37,286 bases of DNA, from assembly GCA_038087875.1 (NCBI GenBank), contig JAXLNO010000476.1:1-37286 (forward strand). Direction: 5' to 3'. The DNA is from Malacoraja senta. Lineage: Eukaryota. This document shows, in pieces, positions 22,990 to 35,489 of this stretch (positions are counted from its first letter, which is position 1; every line of letters starts with the position of its first letter). The notes under the pieces are model-generated. The model was not told the origin of the DNA. It ran no database searches and saw only the letters and a program-made list of their open reading frames with translations. The position numbers and the translations under genes were made by a program.

Positions 22990-23425
22990 TAGTCTACGGG
23001 CTTGCATACTCTGGAATTTAGAAGCGTGAGAGGGCATCTTATTGAAACATATAAGACGATTAAGGGTTTGGACACGCGAGAGGCAGGAAACGTGTTCCCG
23101 ATGTTGGGGGAGTCCTGAACCAGGGGCCATAGTTTAAGAATAAGTGGTAAGGAATTTAGATGGGAGATGAGGAAACATTTTTTTCACTCAGAGTATTGCG
23201 AGCCTGTGGAATTCTCTGCCTCAGAGGGCGGTAGAGGCCGGTTCTCTGGATACTTTCAAGTAAGAACTTAATAAGGCAATGAAAGATAGCGCAATCAGGG
23301 GATATGGGAAGAGGGCAGGAACGGGACACTGATTGTGGATGATCAGCCATGATCACATTGACTGGCGGTGCTGGCTCGAAGGGCCGCATGGATTACTCCT
23401 GCACCTATTGACTATTGTCTATTGT
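22990..23425 (+). mobile_element. CR1 3' fragment
   Basis: ctggaatttagaag..cttattgaaacatataag..gtggaattctctgcctcagagggcggt..gatcagccatgatcac..cctgcacctattg. Confidence 0.9.
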
Positions 23426-26400
23426 ACCTTTTGATACAAATTTCGTCCAGTACTCGATGTAAAGGAGATATAGTAGCGGACTGAAAATGATTTATTGTAG
23501 TCTCCGGTGTTACTTTGGATGAGGTGTCACCTATCCTCACTGACTGGGGATTGTTGGTGCTAAAATCGAGCATTCAGCGGTAGAGGCGGAGAAGATACCT
23601 CGGTGCCGGCGTTTGGAGATAATAGCCACTCCATCCCCTATCACATACAGGTACACACTGCTGAACGCATCATTTACAGCGCGAGGCTGTTCCTATTTTC
23701 CACATTAAACAGGATCTGACGTACGACTCATATTAATCCACAGCTGGTCACGTTAGCCGTCATTACACCATTGTCTACAAACACACGTGCTCCAGCCCTA
23801 TATGAACGGAATGAGTTATCATCACTAATGTTTGGGCTATATGGTACTGGAAGTTCAGATATATTTGCGAGCATAAATTTCTTCTCATCTCAATTCACTC
23901 CATGGTAAACACCAACTCTGAAACTTGTTTCCTAACGTCATCACCCATCTAGCGATTGTGTAATGCTTTCAATATCTATCCTGGCAGCCCTCGTAGAATC
24001 CGACATTTACAGTTTTAATATATTCACTTGTCGTTCTTCCAAACCTCACGGCGTAGATGATCTGATCAATTGTTGCTCCTTTGGCAGTTCCTTCATCCGT
24101 GGGATATATCTTAACTTCAGACTCTGCATCGTATTGTAAGGACCGCCTTCCTTGAAAGATGTATAGTGTCAGGGCATAATGTTCTGCTGATCAAGTGCTA
24201 GTAAATGGGAATTAGTAAATGGATAGCATAGATGTAGATAGGTGTTTGGTCTGTGTCTCTACTGTGTGACTAAATGACTCACGGACCAGTATATACACGT
24301 TTCTCCATTTGTAGTATCACCGTCAGTCGTTAGAGCAGGACTTCTCTACACTATCCTTGTATGGGCCGAGCTCTTGGTAGGGATGAGGACTTTATTCATT
24401 GGAGCACAGGAAGCTGAATGTTGCTTATAAAGGTATATACGGGGAATAGATCGGGAGAATGCACAGACTTTTCTACAGAATGGGGAATCAAATACCAGAG
24501 ATCATGGGTATATGGTGAGAGGAGCAAGATTTACAAGGAACCTGACGGGAAGACTCTACACTCAGACAGCGATACATGTACGGAACGAGCTATCAGATGC
24601 GGTCGTTGAGATATGTTGAGTCGATGCTGGCATTTCTAGTCACTACGTTTGCAAATCTAGCTGCCATCTCGACAGTAGCACGAGGTAAATAGGTGACCAT
24701 CTTTCGTTATTTGTGTTGAGCAATAAATGTTCGGCAGCACCTGATTCTGCAGCAATGTTCAGGTGCCCTGATGCGCCAGTTTGCACTCTAATGCGGAGTG
24801 CGGCATTCTTGTATTTTGTGAAACGACACCATATCGTGCATTTACTTCACAAGAATCGGGGATTTGATCAGGACATCCATTTATAACATTAGATGTCCAT
24901 CCTCACTCCAGGATGTCTTCAGAGTCATCTGAGTATTTCCCGTTTTCCTCTTGTATGTGTAGATGACCGACAATTACTGCGGACTACAATACAGCAGCAG
25001 CGTTTTTACTGTGTTACTCCTCCTGCCCCAGTCTTCACTTTCTCTTCGCATTTGTCCAACAGTTTGTTTGTACTTAACAACCATTCATCAGGTCTCTTGA
25101 ATATCAATGTCGTCTATGAATCTGAATCGCCATCACAGTACGATCATTCCGGCTCTGATCATACCTTCTGAACCTTCTGAATTTGTAGTCGGCAGGGCAG
25201 TACTCTGCATATCGCCCACTTGATATTTGGTAGTTGGTACATATTTGGTTCTTACCTCTGATCATTGTGTTTGGTTAGGTTAGGCTTGGAATATTAGTCA
25301 CAAGTATCGAGAAACAGTGAAAGGATGTGCTGCCTCCTATCCACTCAGATCCAACATACCATTCATGGATACAATCAGTTCAAGCAAATTCATTAGAGCA
25401 ATTCATAGATCAACAGGGATAATACAGAGGCAGAAAATAGTTCATGATGTATAGATTATAATCCTGAATATGATTCTTTGTTTCAATCAAACTTTAAATC
25501 GTCCTTATATTTGTAAGAATGAATAACATTTGCTCAAGCTGCATCGCATAATTCCGTTCTTCCTGGTACTCGATATGTGCAATCGGAGATTTCAAGCTCT
25601 GCAAAACAAAACAAAAATGTGTACTGTTGTCGGAAATTGTGAGAATTATAAGGAAGATGAATAAGTTATAATTTGTTTAACACTGTAGCTCACATACTGG
25701 GGAGCATGATGGGAGCGTTGCCAAGATAGAATGTAGTTAAAATAGCTAAATCTGAAATATTCTGCTGAGAAGCAGGGTTCCTTATCAGTAGGGGGATGAT
25801 AGACTTTTGTAGTTCTGTCTACAGTAGGTTCATATCTGTCGCAATCGTGCTTTAACATCTGCTTTTGGTCACTGTGTTTAGCAGGCAAGTCTCCAAAAGG
25901 ATAACAAACGATCTCCTTTACGAGGGGACTCCATTTGTCGAGAAGAATCCGGACATTTATGATATCTACGTTAGATACATGGGAAGGAGATTTCTAAACA
26001 ACAAGAAACCCAAGATTAAAGTTAACTTTGGGGAAACGCAAAGATGAAAGGTTACAGAGGCATTGATTAATGATGTTGTATTTCAACTCCACAAGTAACC
26101 ATTGTATCATGAGGGTAGAAAAATCCTACAGTTACCGTGGGATTTTGAAGCAGCTTGAGCTTCCTCACACTGTTTCGCGATGTACATCGCTGAGGCCTGT
26201 ATTAAATCGACATGTTCGGTTGCCTCACCACTGATCTATGAGCTGTTATAATTTTTGTCTGTGCCGATCTGAGTAAAGTTAGATATACGGTACGGGTAAA
26301 GCACAAAATCCCCTCCTACATGTACAACACATGTTAGTAAACTGTGCCGAGGTGCGCAGGTGGAGCGAAGGATGATGTAGTCCGTCGATAAACCATGAGG

Positions 26401-26989
26401 CATCCCGCTGTATTTGTGGTGTTGTACACAATTACGATGTGAGACGCATGGAGTTTTAGCTTTTGGGTTATGTTCATTATTGTCACATGTACCGAAGAAC
26501 ATTAAACCCTTTGTTTTTCATGCTATGCAGACTGGTCAGATGTACCATAAATAGATACAGAGGCGAGGACAGAGGGTGCTGGGTCTATGTATTCACACAG
26601 GGGTGGTGGTAATATAGATTTGCACAGACGGTGGTGGGTAAATAGAATGAGCTGCCAAAGGACGTCGCTAAGGCAGAAGCTATGACAATATTTAAAACAC
26701 ATTGGACAGGTGCATGGATAGGAAGGTTTAGAGTGATTTTTGCCAAACTCTGTAAGTGGGGTAGCGTAGATGGGGCACATTAGTCGGCATGGGCGAGCTG
26801 GGTTGAAGGATCTGTTCCCTTACTGTGTGACTCCATGACAATAGGTAGATATACAGAGTACAGAATGAGGTTCTCAGATTTGTAGCTTCTCGTGGACAAT
26901 CATTTTTTTAAACAAAGTCCAATGTGTACACTGGGGCAATACGAATCGAACAGTATTCTCGCATATGGAGGGATCGGGCAGAAGCCCGA

Positions 26990-27840
26990 TAACGATGGAA
27001 AATAAGCCATTCCGCTGTGATGTGCGCTTTCAACCTTCTGTACCTTCTGGCAGATAAGAGAACAGGCAAGAAGAACAGACCCGACTTAGACATCTTTGAT
27101 GATGTTGGGTATTTCCCCCCCCGAAGATGCGTGAAGTGTAGATGGAGACAATGGTGTGACGTTAGGTCTGCATGATGGATTGGGCTACATTTACAACTCT
27201 CTCCAAATTATCCCGGTCTTGTCAGATCTGTACCCAAACCACAATGTAATCCAACCCGACAATATGATTTCTATGCACCATCTCTAGAAGTTTTATAAGA
27301 ATCACTGTGGAAATGTCAATTGTTTACGTCTCTTGATGAAGTAGAGATGATGGTGTACCTTCGTTGGTTACGCATCATTGTGATTACTACAAGACATATC
27401 GTTGGATGATGTGACACATGGAACTTGAGCTCTTAACCATCGCGTGCCATTGATGCAGATTGGGGCCAATACTCTACACTGCTTCCAGAAGTAAAAAACT
27501 ATCTCCTTCGTCTTGAAAGAGGGGCCATTGTCATGACAACATGTCAATAAGCTCACTATCTCCTTCTTGTACTCGGTCCCGCCATTGCCCATCATTCGAC
27601 CATTCACGATGATGTCTTCTGCAAACTCATAGGTAAAATTAGAGCCGAATATGGCCATACGTTCGCGAGTGTAAAGGTGACATAGTAGCGAACTTGGAAC
27701 GGATCCTTGCGGTGCTCCATTCTTCGAAGTTATTGTTGAAGAGGTGTCACTTATCCTTATTAATTGTGGGCTGTGGGAGCTAAAATTGAGCATCTGGTGA
27801 TAGAGCGGGGAGGTGATCCCTCGGTCCAGGAGTTTGGAAT
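26990..27840 (-). mobile_element. Old Rex1/Babar RT fragment
   Basis: ORF 27368-27877: PQLIRISDTSSTIT..GAPQGSVPSSLL..LYT..FAEDIIVNG..KTKEIV. Confidence 0.85.
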
Positions 27841-28254
27841 CTATCATCTTCCAACCTGCAGTGGAGGATCTCCTCAATTGTTGTTCCTTTGACAGCCTCT
27901 CCCACCGCAGATAAATATTGACTCCATCTCTGCACCGAAAGTAAATGGTTGCGCCGGAAAATATGACAAACTTTCAAAGACAATTAGACTGCCTCATGAA
28001 TAGGAACGATGTAGAGTAATGTGGCCGAAAGGTGGGTGTGAGTGACTGGTGCAGAAGGGGCACATTGGTCCGCCTGGGCAAGATGGGTTGAAAGTCCCGT
28101 TACCATGCCGTAGGACTCGATGACTCTATAACAATAGATAGACCAATGTGGAAGTTACAGAGTGCACAATATAGTTCGCAGGATTGAAGTGCATCAGCTA
28201 CTGAGACAATGTCTTATATCCGCAATGGGAGAGAAGCGAATTGAAGAGTACACT

Positions 28255-28675
28255 AGCCCAAGGAGGGACAGTTTAGAAGCCTGTTAACGGAGGGAAATGA
28301 GTTATTCCTTAATCCGGTGGTGCTCACTTTCAAACTTCTGTACGTTGTGCGGGACTTCAGTTGGGAAAGAAGAACTGACCGGTCTGGACAGGTCTGATTA
28401 CGTTCGGTGTTTTTTTTTGAGGCAGCGTAAAGTGTAGATGGAGTCAATGGTGGGACGTCTGGTGTGTGTGTGATGGATTGGGCTGCGTTAATAACTCTGC
28501 AATTTCTCGAGGTCTTGGCAGACTTGTTCCCAATCAATCTCTGTTGGAACTGGACAATATGCTTTCTACGGTACATCCCGAGAAGCATGTAAGAGTGACT
28601 GGAGGCATGCCAAACTTACACAGTCTCCTCATGAAGTAGAGGCATTGATGTGCCTTCTTGGATGTTGCATCGATG
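28255..28675 (-). mobile_element. Old Rex1/Babar C-terminal fragment
   Basis: RVINAAQSIT..YRSLKVSTTGLRNNSFPSVNRLLN. Confidence 0.8.
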
Positions 28676-29477
28676 TTCTGCTTACCAACTGCACAATGTA
28701 GCGGATCTGGTCAATCGCCCGCCGTTTCACAGTGACTTGATTCGAGTAATAAATCTAGACTTCTGATTCTACACCGCTTCAAAAATATCACCTTCTTTAA
28801 AAGAGATAGGGCCAAGGCTTAATACTCTGTGGACCAAGTGCTAGTAAATGTGAATCTGTAATTGGATAGCATTCACACAGAGAGTTGCTGGGCCTGTTTC
28901 TTTGTTGTATGACGATGACTCTTGGTCCAGGGTCTGTCGGTTTCTCCACATGTGGTATCACCGTCAGTAGCTATAGCAGGATTGTACTACTGTTTCCTTG
29001 TGTGTCCCAGCTGTAGGGATAGGTGATGCCTTTATTCCTTGGAGCGAAGGAAGCTGCGTGGTGGGAATATCAAGGTGTTTACAAGCATGAGAGGAAAAGG
29101 TAGGATGAATGCAGTCTTTAACCCATGATGGTGAATCAAAAATCAGATCTCATATGTTTAAGGTGAGAGGGACTGGATTTTCTAGGAACCTGAAGAGATG
29201 ACTTGACGCAAAGAGGTTGCTGGGAACATGGTACAAACTTTGATAAGATCATGCGCTTCTGACATTACATATTATTCCTCCCTGGACGGATGTCATCAGA
29301 GTCTTCTGAGTATATTATGTTCTACTCCAGCATTGCAGAGGCCCATAATTAATATAGTCCGCGATACCGTATCAGTTGTTTGACTGTGATCGCTCCTCAC
29401 CTTGACTTGGCATTTGTCGAACAGTTCGTATATGGTCGACCCCATTCAACACCTTCTCGTTTATAGCAACACTGTTT

Positions 29478-30139
29478 AAGTTCCTGGGAACCATTATCTC
29501 CAAGGACCTTAAGTGGAGGGGAGGGGGCACCATCGACTCCACGGCCAAAAAGGCACAACAGAGGATGTACTTCCTGCGTCAGCTCAGGAAGCACAATCTG
29601 CCACAGGCAATGATGGTCCAATTCTACACGGCCATCGTAGAGTCTGTTCTCACCTTCTCCATCGTGGTCTGGTTTTGCTCAGCCACCAAGCACAACACCT
29701 GGAGGCTGCAGCGAATCGTCCGATCAGCAGAGAATGTTATTGGCAGCAACCTTCCCTCCATTGATGAACTGTACACTGCAAGGGCCAGGAAGCGAGCGGG
29801 CAAGATCATCTCTGACCCCTCTCACCCCGGCCACAAACTCTTTGAATCACTTCCCTCTGGAAGGTGACTCCGGATTTTCAAAGCTGCCACAGCCAGACAT
29901 AAAAACAGTTTTTATCTACGAGTAGTTGCTCTACTGAACAGCCAAAAAACTGTAGCCTCCCTTTGATCTGGTATTTTGTTGGTTCACATGCTTGATCAAT
30001 GGTGTTTTATCATTAATGTTTTATTATTATTAATGTTTAGTGTTTTCTGAGTCATTCGTGACTGTCACTGTATGTCATGTTGTTACTTGTTGGCGGAGCA
30101 CCAAGGCAAATTCCTTGTATGTGAATACTTGGCCAATTA

Positions 30140-30172
<33 letters not shown>

Positions 30173-30173
30173 T
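29478..30173 (+). mobile_element. Young 5'-truncated Rex1/Babar LINE with (ACTT)n tail
   Basis: KAQQRMYFLRQLRKHNLPQAMMVQFYTAIVESVLT..DPSHPGHKLFESLPSGR; apparent 7-bp TSD ACTGTTT at 29471-29477 and 30174-30180; the empty site matches the array copy at ~21630-21650. Confidence 0.92.
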
Positions 30174-30723
30174 ACTGTTTGTGTTACATTGACAATCTTA
30201 GTCGCCATCATTGTACGAACATCTCTCTCTGATCATAGTTGTTATTAATGTCAGATCATTAGGTTAGGTGAGGTTAGGTGAGGTTTAATATCGTCACATG
30301 TTCCAAGGTACAGTGTCCATTCAGTATATGCCATACATAGATACAATCAGTCCAGCAGATGGAGCAAAGAGGATGATACTGAATTCACAATATAGTTGAT
30401 TACATTGAATATCATGCTGAATATTGTTGGTTATTTACACCAAACCACGAATTGTCCGTTATGAGAATGAACAACATTTTCTCAAGCCACAATGCATAAT
30501 TTCATTCTCCGTAGAACTGGATAAGGGCAGTAGGGGAATTGGAGTCAGGAGCACACATTAAGCTGGGAACACCAGTAGACAGAAACAGGAAAACACAGAG
30601 TGAGACTTGAATACTCACAGACACAAGTAGAAACATTCTCAAAATGACGCAGGACCCTCCCCTAATTCTACGTAGTTTTGCCTTCTCCTGATTTCCCATT
30701 TGCAGGCGCACTCCCCTATTTCC

Positions 30724-31085
30724 AAGGTAGATAAAATGCTGGAGAAACACAGCGGGTGAGGCAGCATCTATGGAGCGAAGGAATAGGCGACGTTTCGGGT
30801 CGAGATCGTTCTTCAGACTGATGTGGGGGTGCGAGGGGTGGGGCGGGAGTAAGAAAGGAAGAGGCGGAGACAGTAGGCTGTTGGAGAGCTGGGAAGGGGA
30901 GAGGAAGGAGTGAGAAAGCAAGAACTACCTGAAATTGGAGGTCAATGTTCGTACCGCAGCGGTGTAAACAACCCAAACGTAATATGAGGTGTTGCTCCTC
31001 CAATTTGCGGTGGTCCTCACTCTGGCCATGGAGGAGGCCCAGGACAGAAAGTTCGGATTCGTAATGGGAGGGGGAGTTGAAGTGC
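30724..31085 (-). mobile_element. Penelope-like element 3' fragment (GIY-YIG end plus pLTR)
   Basis: EEQHLILRLGCL..GTNID (GIY-YIG C-terminal motif) then CTGAAGAacgatctcgacccGAAACGTC. Confidence 0.9.
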
Positions 31086-31089
31086 TGTT

Positions 31090-32000
31090 TCCCAAATGCC
31101 AGTCAGTGACTAATGAGGTGCCGCAATGCTCCGCGCTGCGACCCCAGTTGCTTATAATATATATTAACGATTTAGACGAAGGAATTAAAAGTAACATCTC
31201 CATGTTTGCAGATGACACAAAGCTGGGTGGCAGTGTGAGCTGCGCAGAGAATACTATGAGGCTGCAGCATGACTTGGGTAGGTTAGGTGAGTGGGGAGAT
31301 GCGTGGCAGATGCAGTATAATGTGGAAGAACGTGAGGTTATCCACTTTGGTAGCAAGAACAAGAAGGAAGATTATTATCTGAATTGTGTAGGAGCAAGGA
31401 ATTCCTACTGCAGTTGTACAGCACCATGGCGAGACCGCACCTGGCATATTGTGTGCAGCTTTGGTCTCCTAATTTGAGGAAGGGTATTCTTGTTATTGAG
31501 GTAGTGCAGCGTAGGTTCACCAGGGTAATTCCCGTGAAGGCGGGACTGTCATATGCTGGATAGACTGGGCTTGTGTTCACTGGAATTTAGAACGGTAAAA
31601 GGGGATCTTACAGAAACGTATAAAACTCTTTATAAATTGGACAGTCCAGAAGCAAGAAAAATGTTCCAAATATAAGGGTAGTCCAGATCTAGGGGCAACA
31701 GTTTAAGAATCAGGGGTAGGCCATTTAGGACTGAGATGAAGAAACATGTTTTCATCCAGAGAGTTGTGAATCTGTGTAGTTCTCTGCCACAGAAGGCAGT
31801 GGAGGTCAATGCACTGGATGTATTCAAGCGAGAGTTAGATTTAGCTTCTAAGGCTAACGGAATCAAGGGATTTGGGAAGAAAGCAGGAACGGGGTACTGA
31901 TTTTGGATGATCAGCCATGATAATATTGAATGGCGGTGCAGGGTCGAAGGGCCGAATGCTCTACTCCTGCACCTATTTTGTATTTTTCTATGTTTCTATC
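31090..32000 (+). mobile_element. CR1 LINE RT to 3' end, internally deleted
   Basis: QSVTNEVPQCSALRPQL..YINDLDEGI..SMFADDTKLGG..LQHDLGRLGEW..WQMQYNV. Confidence 0.93.
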
Positions 32001-32009
32001 TTTCATTGA

Positions 32010-33285
32010 TATCAACGTATTGATTGAGATGGTGCAAGGTATGATTAGTAAATTTACAAATAAATACGAAGGCAAGTGTGGTTGTAGATTGCCAAGACGG
32101 ATATGAAGAATGACGTTGGGATTTTGATCAGCTGGGAAAGTTGACAGTGGAATAGCGTATGGCATTTAATTTGTATATTTGTGATTTGATTTATTTTGGT
32201 TGGTCATGTCAGGTCTTTCTCAATGATCAGTTCGACCCTGCGGAGTACTGTAGAACGGGGAGATCGAGGAGTTCACGTCATATATCTCTGAATTTGGATC
32301 CGCGGGTCGTTAAGATGGTAATGAAGATTTCGGCACGGTGTCGATCACTAGCTAAGGCAATAAGTGCAGATGACGGGACGTTATAGTACAGATCACAAGA
32401 CGTTTGTGAGGCCGCTCTAACTTGCAGTTCACATGCCGTCCACTGGATGTCCCCATCATTCAAAAGCTCGATATTGCACAACAGCCAGGAATTATTCTCC
32501 AGGAATAGATCAGTGTATCATAGTTCAGGAGTCTAAAACAGAACTTCGAACAGTTCGCTTCGGTCAATAATAAATTAAGTATTTTCTTTAAATATAATGT
32601 TCTTCTCACCGACCGTACGTGGGTTCCAAATCATCCCCACACGTGGACAGTCCTTGAAGCACAATGAGGATAACTATCTACATAATCTCAGAGAATCTGA
32701 CAGTCACACAATAACGATGCTATTTATAGAGGTAGAGTCAAATCACCAACCAAGATATTTCGGAACCAGCAGTCCACGTCACGCAAAATGTCCAACCAAT
32801 CTAGCCCAACTTGCCCACGATTGCTCCATAGCCTTCCAACCACTTCTATCCATATACTCGTTGAAATGTCTCTTACACATTGTAATCTAAGCCATCTCTT
32901 CAGCTTCCTCTTGCAGCCATTTCCACCTCACCACAAATGCCTTTGAAAAAAAGTTGCCTCTCAGTATCTTCTGAATCTATCCACTCTGGCATCTTCCAGC
33001 TTTAGACTCCCCAGGCTTGGAAAAACGACAGGAACCGTCTACCGGTTCCTTGCCCCTGATGATGAAATATACATCTGTAATATCACCCATCAATCGCCTA
33101 CTGTCCGGTGAAAACGTTCCTGCTTGTCCATGCTCTCCTTAAATCTCAAACTCTTCCACCCCGGTAACAGTTTTATGATTCTTACCTGCGCCATTTTGAA
33201 TTTTATATCTACCTTCCAATCGCTGGAAGACCAGAACTGCTCATTGTACGCCAAGTTTGGTCTCAAATATCATTTGTATAGTTCG
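32010..33285. mobile_element. Highly decayed CR1 fragments (plus ~32010-32490, minus ~32760-33285)
   Basis: atatcaacg..ttg..gg..tgattagtaaattt on plus; accagaactgc..caagtttggtct on minus. Confidence 0.6.
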
Positions 33286-33339
33286 GGAAACCACCTGGAT
33301 TAATAATGCACTAAGTAACCGACCGGGTAATTCACTTCC

Positions 33340-33990
33340 ACCATCGTGTCGGTGGTCTACATAGCACCTAAAGTCAACGCCAATGTGGCTCTGGACAATT
33401 CATACTCCGTCTGGAAGCACCAGACCCTGATGCCCTGTCCATCATCTACGGTGACTTCAATCAATCGTACTTCAGGAATACACTGGAAACTAAAATCAGC
33501 ATATACCCTGCCTCACAATGGGCGTCGACATTCTGGGCGACACCACCAACTAGTATGTCCACGGTTCCAGCACAACAACCATACTCTCAAAACCAGGAAG
33601 ACCAAGGATCTGATTCTGGACTTCGGAGCAGGAAGTATGAGGTCCCACAAACCTGTCTAGATCGACTGGACGATGGTGGAGAGAGGCAACAGCTGCAAAT
33701 TCCTGTGCGTGGAAGTATTTGAAGATCTTTCCAAGACCCAGAACATTGATGCAATTGTAACACCTCTACTGAAAAGATTGCGGATATTCGGTATGACATC
33801 GAGTATTCTCTTGAACTTCCACAGGTGTACAGTAGAGAGCATGTTGTCTGGTTGCACCACGACCTGGGTCGGCAACCTGAATGCCAGGAGCGAAGGAGAC
33901 TGCAACATGTGATTACCACTGCCCAGTCCATCACGGGAACTGACTTCCCCACCATCGAGGGAACTACAACAGTCGCTGCCTCAAACATTG
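33340..33990 (+). mobile_element. Old Rex1/Babar fragments
   Basis: VVYIAPKVN (EN part), KTKDLILDF, LKRLRIFGMTS.ILLNFHRCTVESMLSGC.T.W.GN. Confidence 0.85.
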
Positions 33991-34349
33991 CATCCATGGT
34001 CGACATAGTACAATTTGGGCTCTAAAACGTATTCACATTAACCCCATCCCAATTATTTTGTACACGGCAAACAAGCAGGAAACTGAAAAAAACGGCTCAG
34101 AGTCCGAATCCGCACAAACGCTGAGATGTTGACGTCCCCGTTTGTGGATTGTATTGAGCAGAACTTCCTTCAAGGCTGCTCATTCCCGCCCATTGTAATT
34201 CATACTGAATCAGTTTGGTGTCCGGTAACTTTACCTGGTGGTTTATGACATCGTTACAGAACCTGCTAGTCAGTGATGCCGAAGATTTACCTTCCATCAC
34301 TCTGTCCGTAGCCCTGTGGATGTACACTCCAAGTACGCATCTTAATGTT

Positions 34350-34610
34350 TTTAGGAGATACCGCATGCAAACTGGCTCTTTGCCCCATCGAGTCCGCGCC
34401 GACCAGCGAACACTAGCACTAACCTACACACTAAGCACAACCTGTACGTCTTTGGAGTGTGGGGGGAAACCGCAGAAACCGGGGATGACCCCGGGCAGCG
34501 CCTGTGAGAAGGTATGAGCTCCATACCGACAGCACCCATAGTCAAGGTCGAACCCGGGTCTCTGCCGTTGTGAGGCAGCAACTCTACCGCTGCGTCACCG
34601 TGCCACCCCG
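34350..34610 (-). mobile_element. HE1-like V-SINE
   Basis: Reverse complement ggcacggtgacgcagcggtagagttgctgcctcaca..gacccgggttcgaccttgact..cacactccaaagacgtacaggtt. Confidence 0.88.
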
Positions 34611-34904
34611 CTGTTCAAACGTGATGAAGTTGCTGCCTCTCCCACCGTCTTCGGCATCGTGTTCCATTCTACACCACATCTTGTGTGGAAAATTGTCCTC
34701 ATTTCAATGAATCATTCGCATATTTTTCTCCGTTTCGACCAACGGTATTTTCACCCACACACACTATACAGAAGGTCTGAGATATAAATACTGTATGCAG
34801 TGCAGAAAGTACTTCGAGTAGGTGGGGCAGTTACCGAATCTGATACCTTGTCCACTTAGGCACATGTTGAGTGTACTGACGTGATACAGACACAACGTAT
34901 ACAA

Positions 34905-35225
34905 GGGCGGCACAGTGACACCGCTGATATAGATGCTGCCTCACAGCGCACTAGACCGGCCATTTATCCTGACCTCATGTGTGGGGAGTTTGTACATTAG
35001 CTCTGTGACCGCGCGGGTTCCTTCCGGGTGTTGTGGTTTCCTCCCACCACAAAAATATGCGAGTTTGCAGATTAATTGGGCTCTGTGAAATTAGTCCGAC
35101 TGTGCAGTGAGTGAGTGAATGCGAACGTGGTTAACATGTAGCTGGCGTAACCGGATGAACATTGATCATCCCCGTGTAATCTGTGGGCATGTGTCCAAGC
35201 TGTATCTGTAAACTAAACTAAACTA
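34905..35225 (+). mobile_element. HE1-like V-SINE (older)
   Basis: gggcggcacagtg..tgctgcctcacagcgc..tgtggggagtttgtac..ggtttcctcccac..(aaact)n tail. Confidence 0.85.
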
Positions 35226-35489
35226 ATAAAAGACAATGCAATAACACAATGACAGCATCACAGGGTGTGCTCACGGGGACAGATTACGGAGGTACCCATC
35301 ACACAGGGAACGAACGCATCCGACACATCTTACAAAGTCCGATCATTCAAATGAGACATAAATACAGCGGGGAATCTTGGTCTCTCGCCGATTGTCGAAT
35401 AACTGCTGACTGATTTGTAACGAACTCCCAAAAAGAGAAAACGTGAGTATTTACAATGTAATTCCAAAATCTGCTTCCACTTCCAACAA

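Larger units (their letters stand above)
10045..30570. repeat. Ancient tandem segmental array, 5-6 diverged copies of a multi-kb unit
   Basis: Same blocks recur in the same order: gaatgaacaacat block at ~10458, 19221, 22123, 25517, 30465; tcactcca(a/t)ggt block at ~17201, 20799, 23895; tttctcca..gt(g/a)gtatc block at ~17602, 24300, 28941; gttgagcaataaatgtt at ~17700, 24715. Identity roughly 65-80% judged by eye. Confidence 0.88.

Noticed and set aside
34078..34089. ISRE-like GGAAACTGAAAA
   Set aside because: Single short motif with no supporting promoter context; expected by chance.
35355..35450. CATAAAT box followed by donor AAC|GTGAGT (possible short plus-strand first exon)
   Set aside because: Only two short motifs between TE fragments; no downstream exon visible.
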